A DNA stretch of 64,000 bases from Vicinamibacterales bacterium (GTDB taxonomy: Bacteria > Acidobacteriota > Vicinamibacteria > Vicinamibacterales > JAMQPK01), in assembly GCA_963775345.1 (NCBI GenBank), contig CAVZIS010000011.1, forward strand, positions 161,030 to 225,029. Direction: 5' to 3'. The notes under the pieces are model-generated. The model saw only the letters and a list, made by a program, of their open reading frames with translations, was not told the DNA's origin and made no database searches. Shown in pieces: positions 46,684-57,990 of this stretch; position 1 is the first letter of the stretch; the number at the start of each line of letters is the position of its first letter. The position numbers were made by a program, and so were the translations under genes.

Positions 46684-47546
46684 TCTGGTCGACGGTCAGG
46701 CTTTCGACGCCGCTGATCCTGGCGGCGCTGGGCGGGCTGTTCTCGGAGCGCTCTGGCGTGATTAACATTGCGCTGGAAGGGATGATGCTCGCGGGCGCCT
46801 TCACGGCGGCGGCCACGACGTATGCGACCGGCAGCCCGTGGATCGGACTGATGAGCGCTATCGCGGCAGGTGTCGTGATTGCCTCGATTCACGCAGTTGC
46901 CTGCATCCGCTACAGGGCCGATCAGGTCGTCGTGGGCACGGCGATCAATATTCTGATGATCGGCCTTCCCGGGTTTCTCAGCGGCGCGTTTTTCCTCTCG
47001 TCCGGCTCGACGCCTCAACTGCCAATCGAACAATTGATTCCTACCGCGCCGATTGTCATGGCCTTCGCGCTGGTGCCATTCACGTGGTATGTGCTCTATC
47101 GAACACCGTTCGGCTTGCGGCTGCGCGCCGTCGGCGAGAATCCGGAGGCGGCCGATGCCGCTGGCATTGACGTCGCGAGAGTTCGTTACAGCGGTGTGCT
47201 GGTGTCAGGCGCGCTCGCGGCGATTGGGGGCGCCTACCTGTCGATCGGACAGTCTTCGCTGTTCACGCGGAACATGACATCGGGCCGCGGCTTCATCGCC
47301 CTGGCTGCACTGATATTTGGAAAGTGGAGACCGGTGCAAACCCTGTGTGCGTGCCTGTTCTTCGGGCTCACCGAGGCGATGACCATCCAGATGCAGGGCG
47401 TGGTGAAGCTGCCGTCTGGAGACGACATTCCCGTGCAGTTCATTCAAATGGTTCCCTACGTCCTGACGATTGTCGTGCTGGCGGGATTCATCGGTCATTC
47501 GAGGCCACCGCGCGCGCTGGGCCGCGCCTACGAGAAGGAACGTTGA
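46656..47546 (+). CDS. nucleoside ABC transporter permease
   Basis: SERSGVINIALEG, RAVGENP, GRGFIALAALIFG. Confidence 0.92.
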   Translation: MADLFTLSLIWSTVRLSTPLILAALGGLFSERSGVINIALEGMMLAGAFTAAATTYATGSPWIGLMSAIAAGVVIASIHAVACIRYRADQVVVGTAINILMIGLPGFLSGAFFLSSGSTPQLPIEQLIPTAPIVMAFALVPFTWYVLYRTPFGLRLRAVGENPEAADAAGIDVARVRYSGVLVSGALAAIGGAYLSIGQSSLFTRNMTSGRGFIALAALIFGKWRPVQTLCACLFFGLTEAMTIQMQGVVKLPSGDDIPVQFIQMVPYVLTIVVLAGFIGHSRPPRALGRAYEKER

Positions 47547-48371
47547 CGGCTTCCTCGTATTTCGATCGGGTCCAAGAGGCTGCCCGCTTCGTGCGTGCCG
47601 AAGTCAAAGCCGCTCCGCAGATTGGGGTGGTGCTCGGTTCGGGCCTCGGCGAATTTGCCTCGAGCCTGGAGCGCGCGGCCTCGTTTCGCTACCAGGACAT
47701 CCCGCACTGGCCCGCAACGAGCGTGGTGGGTCACGAGGGACGTTTGGTGATGGGCAGCCTGGAGGGCAGGGCGATCGCGGCGCTGGCAGGTCGAGCGCAC
47801 TTTTACGAGGGCTACGATCTCTTGACCGTGACCTTTGCCACGCGCGTGCTCGGGATCCTGGGTGCGAAGGTGTTGATTCTCACCAACGCGGCCGGAGGTG
47901 TGAATACGGGTCTTGCTCCGGGAGACCTGATGGTCATTGACGACCACATCAATCTGCTTGGAGCCAATCCCCTGACTGGTCCGAACGACGAGCGGTTCGG
48001 CGTGCGGTTTCCTGATCTGACGGGGGTCTATTCAACACGATTGCGGCGGATCGCCGACGAGACTGGCGCGGCGCTGGGCCTGAAGCTGCCGCATGGGGTG
48101 TACGCCGCATGTCACGGTCCGTCCTATGAAACACCGGCCGAAGTCCGGTACTTGAGGACGATAGGCGCCGATGCCGTCGGCATGTCGACGGTGCCGGAAG
48201 CTATAGTAGCCAGGCATATGGGAATCGACGTGCTCGGCATCTCGTGCATCACCAACATGGCGGCCGGCGTTCTTGCGGCGGCCGCTGAATCACGACGAGG
48301 TGCTCGAGACGGCAGGGCGCGTGCGCCCGAGGTTCATCTCGTTGTTAAATGGCATCATCGAGAGGATATAG
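47543..48371 (+). CDS. punA: purine-nucleoside phosphorylase, trimeric type (3' frameshift)
   Basis: VLGSGLG, GRAHFYEG, TNAAGG, GPSYETPAE, VGMSTVPE. Confidence 0.92.
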
Positions 48372-48377
48372 AACGCT

Positions 48378-49227
48378 GTGGCCGATCAACCCGATCAAAA
48401 CGTCGTTTCGGTGGTCGCGATCGAGATTGCGCCGGGCAAGGAGAGTGAATTTCTGACGCTCTCGGGCCAGATGCAGAGCCTCGTTCGCCGCAAGGGATAC
48501 GGCACCAACCACCTGCTCCGCGATGGCGAGCATCCCGGGCGGTACTACGACATCCGAGTGTGGCGGAACGCCGAGACGGCAGCGCAGGCCGAAAGCGATC
48601 CCGAGATCGACGAGCTCAGGCGCACCCTCGAGCCGGCATTTGCACTCGACCCCGCTCGTCGACGTCGCATGGGCCGTCGGGGTGGGGCTTGCCGCGGCAG
48701 GCCCGTGGCAGGAGCGGCGTGCCAGGCCCGACCGGCGCACGGTCGCAGACCGCCGCGTTGAAAACATCGCCTTCATCGGCGCCGACCGTCGTCTCGGCTT
48801 CGATCGACGGATCGGTCCGCGGCGCACGGCCGAACCGGCGCCATCAGACGTCGTTGACGCTGCCAGGATCGCGCGCGACCGCGCGCGAGCGGAGTTTTCC
48901 AGTTTCAAGGTGGGTGCCGCCATCGAAACGACGGCCGGCCGCATCATCACCGGCTGCAACATCGAGAATTCGACCTACGGCCTCACGATCTGCGCCGAGC
49001 GGGTGGCGATATTCAAGGCGATCTCGGACGGCCATCGATCATTCAGGCGCATCGCCGTCGTCGCCGACACGTCACAGCCGACGACTCCGTGCGGAGCGTG
49101 CCGGCAGATTCTCTGGGAGCTCGCAGGCAACCTGGAAGTCATTCTCGCCGACCTTCACGAGGTCAGGAGCCGCCATCAGCTCAAAGATCTCCTGCCGCAT
49201 CCCTTCGATGCGCGGTTCATCGAGTGA
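48378..49227 (+). CDS. cdd: cytidine deaminase with N-terminal ABM-like domain and DRR-repeat linker (frameshift near 48640)
   Basis: FKVGAA, GCNIEN, CAERVA, PCGACRQ; upstream [15 protein letters not shown]. Confidence 0.8.
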
Positions 49228-49304
49228 GCTGGCGGACACGGAGCCACAGAGAGTTTGTCAAAACACTCTGTGAGCTCCACGGGGACCATCTTCAGGTATT
49301 TCAC

Positions 49305-50357
49305 ATGCTGCCTACGATCGAATGGAACGATGATGCCATGGTGATGATCGATCAGCGGAAGCTTCCGGGCGCTGAAGTCTACGTCAAGTGCAGGACGCCC
49401 AAAGATGTCGCGAAGGCGATCAAGACCATGGTGATTCGCGGCGCGCCTGCGATTGGCGTCGCGGCGGCGATGGGACTGGCGCTCGGCGTACGGCAGAGCA
49501 AGGAGATCGGGAACGACGAAGCTCGCCGCGGAGTTCTACAAGCTCTGCGAACTGATGGCGGCGACCCGGCCGACCGCCGTCAATCTCTTCTGGGCCATCG
49601 ATCGCATGAAGCACGTTTTTGCCGAAGCGGCAAAATCGGGGCAGTCGGTCGATCAAATCAAGGCAAGGCTCGAGGACGAAGCGCGGCGAGATTCACGACG
49701 AGGATGTCGAGAGTTGCCGGGCAATGGGTGCGCATGGCGCGTCGGTCGTGCCCGAGCACGCGCGAGTGCTGACACACTGCAATGCCGGAGCGCTGGCGAC
49801 CGCCGGCTACGGGACCGCGCTCGGCGTCATTCGCGGGGCAGTCGAGCAAGGCAAGAAGGTTGCGGTCATCGCTGACGAAACGCGGCCGTTTCTGCAGGGC
49901 GCGAGGCTCACCGCATGGGAGTTGACGCGAGACGGCATCGACACCACGGTGATTACCGACAACATGTCGGGCGCGCTGATGCGCGGCGGTCAGATCGATC
50001 TCGTCGTGGTCGGTGCGGATCGGATCGCCGCCAACGGAGACGTCGCGAACAAGATCGGGACCTACACGGTCGCCGTGCTCGCAAAGGAGCACGCAATACC
50101 GTTTTACGTCGCTGCTCCGATCTCCACGATCGACCTGTCCACGCCCGACGGCACGAAGATCCCGATTGAGGAACGGAACGCGAAAGAAGTGACCCACATC
50201 GGACCCGACGCGCCTGACGCCGCAGGCTGCGCGGATGCGCAATCCGGCGTTCGACGTTACGCCGAATCAGTACGTGACTGCGATCATCACCGAGCGCGGC
50301 ATCGCCCGCGCCCCGTACAGCGAATCGCTGCCCAATCTCGTACGCAATAAACAATAA
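49305..50357 (+). CDS. mtnA: S-methyl-5-thioribose-1-phosphate isomerase (frameshifted)
   Basis: [43 protein letters not shown]. Confidence 0.93.
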
Positions 50358-50359
50358 TA

Positions 50360-50446
50360 GGGGTCTGACCCTATTTTTTCGTTTTTCGTAACTCGCAACG
50401 GATGGATGGATCTGTTACGAAAAACGAAATAATAGGGTCTGACCCC
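50360..50446. repeat. REPIN/MITE-like palindrome bounded by GGGTCTGACCC
   Basis: ggggtctgaccc-tattttttcgtttttcgtaac ... gttacgaaaaacgaaataata-gggtctgacccc. Confidence 0.8.
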
Positions 50447-50448
50447 TT

Positions 50449-51500
50449 ATGTTGATCCTCGGCATCGAGACCTCGTGTGACGAGACGGCTGCCGCCGTCG
50501 TGTCGGAGACGGCCGGCCGGTGGTCGGTCGGCTCCAACATCGTCGCGTCTCAGGCCGCGATCCATGGCGAGTGGGGCGGCGTGGTGCCCGAACTCGCGTC
50601 ACGACAGCACATCCGCGACATCTGCGGCGTCGTTCGAACCGCGCTCGACACGGCGAACGCCGCACTGACGGATCTCGACGCGATTGCGGTGACGCAGGGC
50701 CCGGGCCTTGTCGGCTCGCTTCTCGTCGGCGTGTCGTTTGCCAAGTCCCTGGCCCTGTCCCTGGATCGGCCGCTCGTGCCGGTTCATCACCTGGCCGGCC
50801 ACATCGAATCGCTCTTCCTGCAGCACGGTGACATCGAACTCCCTCTGGTCGCGCTCGTCGTTTCCGGCGGCCACACGAGCCTCTACGTCGTCAGCGAGCC
50901 AGGCTCGTATAGGCGGATCGGCCGGACGCGGGACGATGCGGCAGGCGAAGCGTACGACAAGGTTGCGAAGCTTCTGGGGCTCGGCTATCCAGGCGGCCCG
51001 ATCGTCGACAAGCGCGCGCGCGAAGGAGACGACGAAGCGATTCGCATTTCCGATCGACGCGGATGACCCACGCCGATCGGAACGCACCTTCGCTGAAAGG
51101 AGATCTCGACTTCAGCTTCAGCGGGCTGAAGACGGCGGTGCTGCGCCACGTGCGGCAGCGACGGGCAATCGCGGGCACCGATGACCGATCGTCAGATCAA
51201 CGACATCTGCGCCAGCTTTCAGCGGGTCGGTCGTCACGACGTTGCTCGACCGGTTGTTTGATGCGGCCGAGCATTTATGGCGCGCAGAGCGTCGGGATTG
51301 CCGGCGGCGTATCGGCGAATTCCCGTCTCAGGCAGGATGCCGCAGCAGCGGGCCACCGAAGCGGGCTGCCGGTCTACGTACCGCACATTTCGCTGTCCAC
51401 TGATAACGCGGCCATGATTGCCGCCGCCGGATTGAGAAATTTTCATGCGGGCCTGCTCGCGGGGATGGATTTGAACGCCGACGCGTCGCTGGAATTGTGA
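50449..51500 (+). CDS. tsaD: tRNA threonylcarbamoyltransferase TsaD (frameshifted)
   Basis: [59 protein letters not shown]. Confidence 0.95.
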
Positions 51501-51526
51501 GGCTTCGGCTGGACTTCAGCCGAAGC

Positions 51527-51949
51527 CTACTCACCAATCACCTTTATCAGCACCCGCTTGTTGCGGTTCCCATCGAACTCGCCATAGAAAATCTGCTCCC
51601 AGGGTCCAAAGTCGAGCTTGCCTTTCGTGATGGCGACGACGACCTCGCGCCCCATGATCTGGCGCTTCAGATGGGCGTCGGCGTTGTCTTCGCCGGTGCG
51701 ATTGTGATGATAGTGATTCGGGTCGGGGTTGAACGGCGCCAGCTCCTCCAGCCACTTGCCGAAGTCGTGATGCAATCCACGCTCATCGTCGTTGATGAAG
51801 ACCGAAGCCGTGATATGCATCGTGTTGACGAGCACAAGGCCCTCCTGCACGCCGCTGGCTCGCACCGCCGCGTCCACTTCAGGAGTGATGTTCCGGAACG
51901 CCATCTTCGACGGTATGTTCAGGGTGAGATATTTCGTGAGTGCTTTCAT
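51527..51949 (-). CDS. yjbQ: YjbQ family protein
   Basis: [32 protein letters not shown]. Confidence 0.9.
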   Translation of the reverse strand: MKALTKYLTLNIPSKMAFRNITPEVDAAVRASGVQEGLVLVNTMHITASVFINDDERGLHHDFGKWLEELAPFNPDPNHYHHNRTGEDNADAHLKRQIMGREVVVAITKGKLDFGPWEQIFYGEFDGNRNKRVLIKVIGE

Positions 51950-51971
51950 GCCCCGTAAAATACCCTATTCG

Positions 51972-52819
51972 ATGCCGATCGATCCGTTCGAGCTGGTCCG
52001 CAGGTGGTTTGAGGCGTTCAATGCCGGCGACCTGGACGGTCTCGCCGCGCTGTATCACGAAGACGCCACCAATGATTCCGGCGGGGAGGTCACGCGCGGG
52101 CGCGAGGCCGTGAAGGCGCGAGATGGCGGCAGGTGCTCGATCGCGCTGCACGGAGGCACGTCCGCATGATCGCGCGAGTAGAGACCGGCGCCATGCATGC
52201 TGAATGGCGCGGGCACGCCACCAATCCCGAAGACGGCCGAATCGCGACCAGCGCCGGATACGACGAGTTCTGGATCGAAGATGGCTTGATTCGACGGCAG
52301 CGTGGCGTCCTCCACCCGTTGTCCTTTCAGGACGAGGAACCCGCGCCAGCGAGCGCGACTCGTCCTTCGCGTCAGTATCCAGCGCAGCCGATCGTCGGTG
52401 TCGGGGCAGTTATCATTCAGGATGGGAAAGTCGTGCTGGTAAAGAGACGGTTCGAGCCGCTTGCGGGACAGTGGAGCCTTCCCGGTGGCAGGCTCGAGCT
52501 CGGGGAAACGCTCGAAGCCGGGCTGGCGCGCGAAATGCTCGAAGAGACGGGTCTCGAGGTCCAGGTGGGCCCCGTTGTCGATGTCTTCGATCGCATCCTC
52601 CTCGATCCTGAACGCAAGGTCCGCTATCACTATGTCCTGATCGACTATCTCTGCCGGCCGGTCGGCGGCTCACTCGGTCATGGGTCGGACGTCGCGGCGG
52701 TCGAGCTCGTCGATCCGTCGGATCTCGCACGCTTTCGATTGACGCCGAAGGCGGCCTCGGTCATCGAGAAGGCTCTTTCCGCCGCGAGGACCTACACATG
52801 GGAACCGGACGCGCACTAA
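51972..52819 (+). CDS. SnoaL/NTF2-like domain fused to NUDIX hydrolase (frameshift near 52125)
   Basis: VRRWFEAFNAGDLDGLAALYHEDA; Nudix box GGRLELGETLEAGLAREMLEETGL. Confidence 0.8.
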
Positions 52820-53586
52820 TCACAGGCGGGTCGGTCGGCATCGGCGGCGCGCTGGCCGATGTGTTTGCCGAGCATGGGCACGATCTCATCCTGGTCTCGC
52901 GCAATCGCGAGAAGCTCGAAGCGCGGAGCGCCGAGATTCGGAGCCGGTTCGACGTGCAGGTCACCTGCCTTCCCGACGACCTTGCGGATGCAGCGGCGGC
53001 CGGCCGCGTCCATCAGGCGGTGACCGGTCTGAAGCTCGACGTCCACTACCTCGTCAACAATGCCGGCGTCGGTTTGTACGGCAAGTTTGCAACAACCGAT
53101 CTGGATGCCGAGTTGAAGATGATCCAGCTGAATGTCGCATCGGTGGTCGATCTCACAAAACGGTTCCTGCCGTCGATGATCGAGCGCCGGAGCGGGCGGA
53201 TTCTGAACGTCGCGTCCACGGCGGCGTTCGTTCCCGGTCCTTGGATGTCGGTGTACTACGCGACGAAAGCTTTTCTCCTTTCGTTTTCCGAGGCGATACA
53301 TTACGAACTGAAACCGCATGGCATCACCGTGACGACGCTGTGTCCGGGTCCGACCGAATCGGAGTTCAAGGTGCGCGCCGGGTCGCAGCGATCGCGACTC
53401 TTTGAGGCCTTCGTCATGGACGCACCGCGTGTTGCGCGAGTTGGTTACGACGCGATGATGAAGGGAAAGCAGGTAGCCATCCCCGGGCTGCGAAACAAGC
53501 TGATCCCCGTGGCGGCGCGCCTGACCCCGCGGCCGATGATTGCCGCCTTGTCGCATCGAGCGGCGAGGCCGACGGACTGCAACTGA
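52798..53586 (+). CDS. short-chain dehydrogenase/reductase
   Basis: TGGSVGIG, NNAG, YYATK. Confidence 0.93.
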   Translation: MGTGRALITGGSVGIGGALADVFAEHGHDLILVSRNREKLEARSAEIRSRFDVQVTCLPDDLADAAAAGRVHQAVTGLKLDVHYLVNNAGVGLYGKFATTDLDAELKMIQLNVASVVDLTKRFLPSMIERRSGRILNVASTAAFVPGPWMSVYYATKAFLLSFSEAIHYELKPHGITVTTLCPGPTESEFKVRAGSQRSRLFEAFVMDAPRVARVGYDAMMKGKQVAIPGLRNKLIPVAARLTPRPMIAALSHRAARPTDCN

Positions 53587-53622
53587 GGGACAAGGGAAAA
53601 GGGCAAAGGGCAAGGGGAGCAA
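53586..53622. repeat. 7-mer tandem array
   Basis: agggacaagggaaaagggcaaagggcaagggg. Confidence 0.7.
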
Positions 53623-53635
53623 AGAGACAAGAGCG

Positions 53636-54201
53636 ATGTTTGAACTGACGCGGGAAAACGCCTGGAACGTGCTGACCGAGCACACCAAGTCGGAGAGTCT
53701 TCGCAAGCACGCGCTGGCGGTCGAGGCGGCCGTCCGCGGTTACGCCCGCAAGTTTGGCGAAGACGAAGAACTGTGGGGCGTCGTCGCGCTGCTGCACGAT
53801 TTCGATTACGAGCTGTATCCCGACTTGAAGGATCATCCCCTTCAAGGGCGCCGAGATTCTGCGCGGTCGCGGCTGCCCCGACCACGTCGATTCGCGCGAT
53901 TCTTTCTCATGGCGAGCACACGAATACGCCAAGGGAATCGGTGCTCGAGCACGTACTGTTCGCCTGCGACGAGATGGCCGGCTTCGTGACGGCCGCCGCG
54001 CTGGTGAGGCCTTCGAAAAGCGTGCGAGATCTGGAGGCGGCGTCGGTGATGAAGCGGATGAAGGACAAGGCGTTTGCAAAAGGCGTGAGCCGCGACGATC
54101 TGCGGAAGGGCGCCGAAGAGATTGGGCCTTCCGCTCGACGAGCACATCGCCAATGTCATCGGGTTCATGCGGGAGCGTGCCGATGTCCTTGGCCGGTCTA
54201 A
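53636..54201 (+). CDS. HD/HDIG-type phosphohydrolase (frameshifted; end approximate)
   Basis: SLRKHALAVE, LLHDFDYE, AILSH, ACDEMAGF. Confidence 0.88.
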
Positions 54202-54262
54202 TCGCCACGAAGTGGCTGAATCCCGGAACGGCGGCGTGAAGTCCGTTTCGTATAGTTCGTTA

Positions 54263-55196
54263 ATGTCCGATCCCACACGCCGTTGCGGTTCTCGAACACG
54301 TCGGCGTCCGCTACGGCGACTCAATGGGCGCTCTCTGATGTGTCGGCGACGATTTCCGGCGGGGGCCGTCGGTCTTCTCGGACCGAATGGGGCGGGCAAG
54401 AGCACGATGCTGAAGGCGCTGCTCGGGCTTCTCAGGCCCGACAGCGGCCGGATTGAGCGTGCTCGATCTGGATGTGGCGGCCAAGCCGCTCGAGATTCGC
54501 GCGCGCGTCGGCTACATGCCGGAAAACGACGCGCACATTCCAGGCATGACGGCGGTGTCGTTCGTTGCCTATTGCGCCGAGCTCTCGGGACTGCCGGCCG
54601 CCGATGCGATGCAGCGCGCGCATGAGGTTCTGTACTACGTCGGGCCTTGGAGAGGCGCGGTACCGAAACGTGGAGACGTACTCCACGCGGCATGAAGCAG
54701 CGGATCAAGCTCGCGCAGGCACTCGTCCACGATCCGGACCTGCTGCTCCTCGACGAACCGACCAACGGCATGGATCCGAAAGGGCGCGAGGAGATGCTCG
54801 CGCTGGTTCGCGACATCGCGCACAACAAGCACATCAGCCTGATTCTGTCGTCGCATGTGATGCCCGACGTCGAATCGGTCTGTGATGCGGTGGTGGTCAT
54901 GAACCGCGGGCAGATGGTGATGCAGGGCCCCATCGCGTCGCTCAAGAAGCCCACCGGCCGCATTTTCGAGGTGCGCGTCAAAGGCGATCGGCTGCGTTTG
55001 TCGAGCGCCTCCGCGCGCTGGCGTTTGAGTGCCGTGAGACCGATGCGGACGTGCTTGCGCGTGATGCTGCCGGCAGGAGCGGGGGCGCATCAGCTCTTCT
55101 CATCGGCCGCGTCGGTCGGTGCGCAGGTGCGTCACCTCAAGGCAAGCGTGCCCGACGCTCGAAGACGTCTTCGCCGAAGCCGTGGGGGACGCGTAG
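54263..55196 (+). CDS. ABC transporter ATP-binding protein (frameshifted)
   Basis: GPNGAGKST, GMKQRIKLAQA, LLDEPT, LSSH. Confidence 0.88.
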
Positions 55197-56083
55197 GTGC
55201 CGATTCATCGCGAGCGTTATCGCAGACGCGAAGATGCGGACTGGAGCGGCGACAAGCTCGGGGGGCCATGAGCCGTCGACTGGCGCGGCCGCGCGTGGCT
55301 GGTGATTGCCGCCAACGGCCTGCGTATTCTCGTGCGCCGCCGCGCGTTTCTCTTTCTGATGATTCTGGCGTGGATTCCCGCGGTCGTTCGCGCCGTGCAG
55401 ATTTACGCTGCGGCGAATCTGCCGAGCGTGGCGCAAGTCGGCTTTCTCGCGATCGGCGTTCGCACCTTCCGCGACTTCATGAATCAACAGGAGCCATTCG
55501 TGTTCTTCATTACCGTGTACGCCGGCTCCGGGCTGATCGCCGACGATCTTCGCGCGCGAGCCCTGCAGCTGTACCTGTCGCGGCCCGTCACGCGAACGCA
55601 GTATCTTGCAGGCAAGGCCGCGATTCTGATGACCGCCTTGCTCACGGTGACCTGGCTGCCCGCCATGCTGTTGCTGTTCCTGGTGCCGATTTTCGCCGGC
55701 AGCATGACGTTCATCGTCGAGAATCTTCTATCTCATCCCTGCCATTTCAGCATACGCGCTGATTCACGTCACGGTATCGACCTTCCTGATGCTGGCGTTG
55801 TCGTCGTTGAGCAACAGCCGGTGGTTCGTGGCGGTCATGTACGCCGGGACTCGCGTTCTTTACCAACGCGCTCTTTGGCGTCATCGGCGCTGCGATCGAC
55901 GGCACGGCGTTCTCATGGGTGTCGGTGTTTGCCAACATCAGACAGGTCGGCGACGTGCTGTTCCGCCTGACGCCGCGGTTTCAAACACCGCCGCTCGTGT
56001 CGGCCGCCGTGCTTGCGGCGATTGTCGCTGCGTCGGCGTACGTGCTGAGCCGCCGCATCCGCGCGGTCGAGGTGGTGACGTGA
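55197..56083 (+). CDS. ABC-2 type permease (frameshifted)
   Basis: GLIADDLRARALQLYLSRPVTRTQYLAGK; TM segments. Confidence 0.82.
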
Positions 56084-56130
56084 CGAGAATCTCTTGCTCT
56101 TAGCTCCGCTCTGACATGCGAGAAATAACG

Positions 56131-57068
56131 GTGACGAACTCCGTCGTGACCACCGAGCATCTGTCCAAGTGGTACGGTCAGGTGATCGGGCTGAACGACG
56201 TGACGCTGACGATCGGCCGCGGCGTCACCGGTCTGCTCGGGCCGAACGGCGCAGGCAAGTCGACGCTGCTCAAGCTCCTGACCGGGCAGCTCAAGCCGAG
56301 CAAGGGGTCGGTCCGCATTCTCGGCGAGCCCGTATGGGGCAATGCCTGCCATCTATCTTCGAATGGGCGTGTGTCCCGAGCAGGATGCGTTCTACGACCG
56401 GATGACCGGTCACGAATGGGTGACGTCGCTGCTGCGGCTGCACGGCCTCGGCGAACGCGAGGCCGCCGACACGGCATTCAGCGCCCTCGAGCAGGTGGAC
56501 CTGAAAGAGGCGGCGGACAAACGCATCGGCGCCTACAGCAAGGGCATGCGGCAGCGCGTGAAGCTGGCGCAGGCGATCGCCCATTCTCCCGACCTGCTTG
56601 ATCCTCGATGAGCCGCTGTCGGGCATGGATCCGCTCGCGCGACGCAAGACCATCCGCATGCTGCGAAACTGGGCCGCGGGCGGACGCAACGTGATCGTGT
56701 CCAGCCACATCCTTCACGAAGTCGAGGCGCTCACCTCGGACATTCTCCTGATGCATCACGGCCGTGTCCTGGCCGAAGGCAACGTCCATCAAATTCGCGA
56801 TCTCATCGACGAGCACCCGCATACCGTCTGCATGCGGACGAGTCAGCCGCGCGCGCTCGCCAGACAGCTCGTCGACAGCGAAGATGTGCTCAGCGTGCGG
56901 TTCGAGGGAGATGCGGTGCTCGTGCAGACCGCGAAGCCCGACGCCTTCTATGCGAGGGTCACCGAGATGGCCGCCAACGGCGGCAGCGACGGGTCGGCGG
57001 AAATCTACGAGGTCACCTCGCCGGACGACAATCTTCAGGCCGTCTTCGATTATCTGGTGAAATCATGA
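56131..57068 (+). CDS. ABC transporter ATP-binding protein (frameshifted)
   Basis: GPNGAGKST, YSKGMRQR, LDEPL, SSHILHE. Confidence 0.88.
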
Positions 57069-57889
57069 AGCCGCGCTCTGTTCGTACGGCGTCTCTTCGC
57101 GTCTTCGACATGTCGCTCGGTCAGATGCTGTGGTCGAGACGCACGGTGTTCATGGCGCTCGCGGTCGGCGCGCCGGTCGTCATCGCCCTGGTGCTGCGCA
57201 CGATCGACGAAATGGGCGTGTCGGTGCTCAGAGTCAACGGCGTGCGCGTCAGCGGATCGGTGATCTTCGGCGGCGTGTTCTGGCTGCTGTATCTGCGGTT
57301 CACCGTCCCGGTGCTCGGCGCGTTCTACGGTACTTCACTGATGTCCGACGAGGTCGAGGATCGGACGATTACGTATCTGTTTACCCGGCCCATTCCGCGC
57401 GGTGCGATCATCATCGGAAAATATCTCGCATACCTCGTCTGCACGGAGCTCGTCGTACTGCCGTCGGTGACCGCCGCGTACCTTCTGATCACGCCTGTTG
57501 GCGGCGGAAGCATCGGGGCGACGTTCCCGCTTCTGCTGACCGACCTCGGAATCCTCGCGCTCGGCCTTGCGGTTTATGGCGCGGTATTCGCGCTCATCGG
57601 CGCGCTCGTGCCGCGCCCGCTCGTGGCCGGGCTCGTGCTGGTGTTTGGCTGGGAGCAGGTCGCGCTGCTTGTGCCGGGCTATCTTCGCCGCTTCACCGTG
57701 GCCCACTATCTCCAGTCCCTCGTGCCCACGCGATGCCGCAGGACGACACCGTCGCCGCGATCCAGTCGCTTTTCTCGGCGCCCCCATCGGCGGCGTCGAG
57801 CGTTGTGTCGCTGGCGGCCATCGACGGTAGCCGCTCTGTGGCTGGCGGCACGGACGGTTGAGACGCGCGAATATGTGCTGGAGCAATAG
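57065..57889 (+). CDS. ABC-2 type permease
   Basis: DEVEDRTITYLFTRPIPR..GKYL; TM segments. Confidence 0.85.
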   Translation: MKPRSVRTASLRVFDMSLGQMLWSRRTVFMALAVGAPVVIALVLRTIDEMGVSVLRVNGVRVSGSVIFGGVFWLLYLRFTVPVLGAFYGTSLMSDEVEDRTITYLFTRPIPRGAIIIGKYLAYLVCTELVVLPSVTAAYLLITPVGGGSIGATFPLLLTDLGILALGLAVYGAVFALIGALVPRPLVAGLVLVFGWEQVALLVPGYLRRFTVAHYLQSLVPTRCRRTTPSPRSSRFSRRPHRRRRALCRWRPSTVAALWLAARTVETREYVLEQ

Positions 57890-57932
57890 GGTTCCGGGTT
57901 CCGGTTCCGGTTCCGGTTCCTGGTTCCGGTTC
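57889..57932. repeat. 6/7-mer tandem array (ggttcc)
   Basis: ggttccgggttccggttccggttccggttcctggttccggttcc. Confidence 0.9.
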
Positions 57933-57990
57933 CAATGGAACCTCCGAAGGAACGTATCAGGCCCTTCGTCTACTTAGGTATCGAGGTCCC

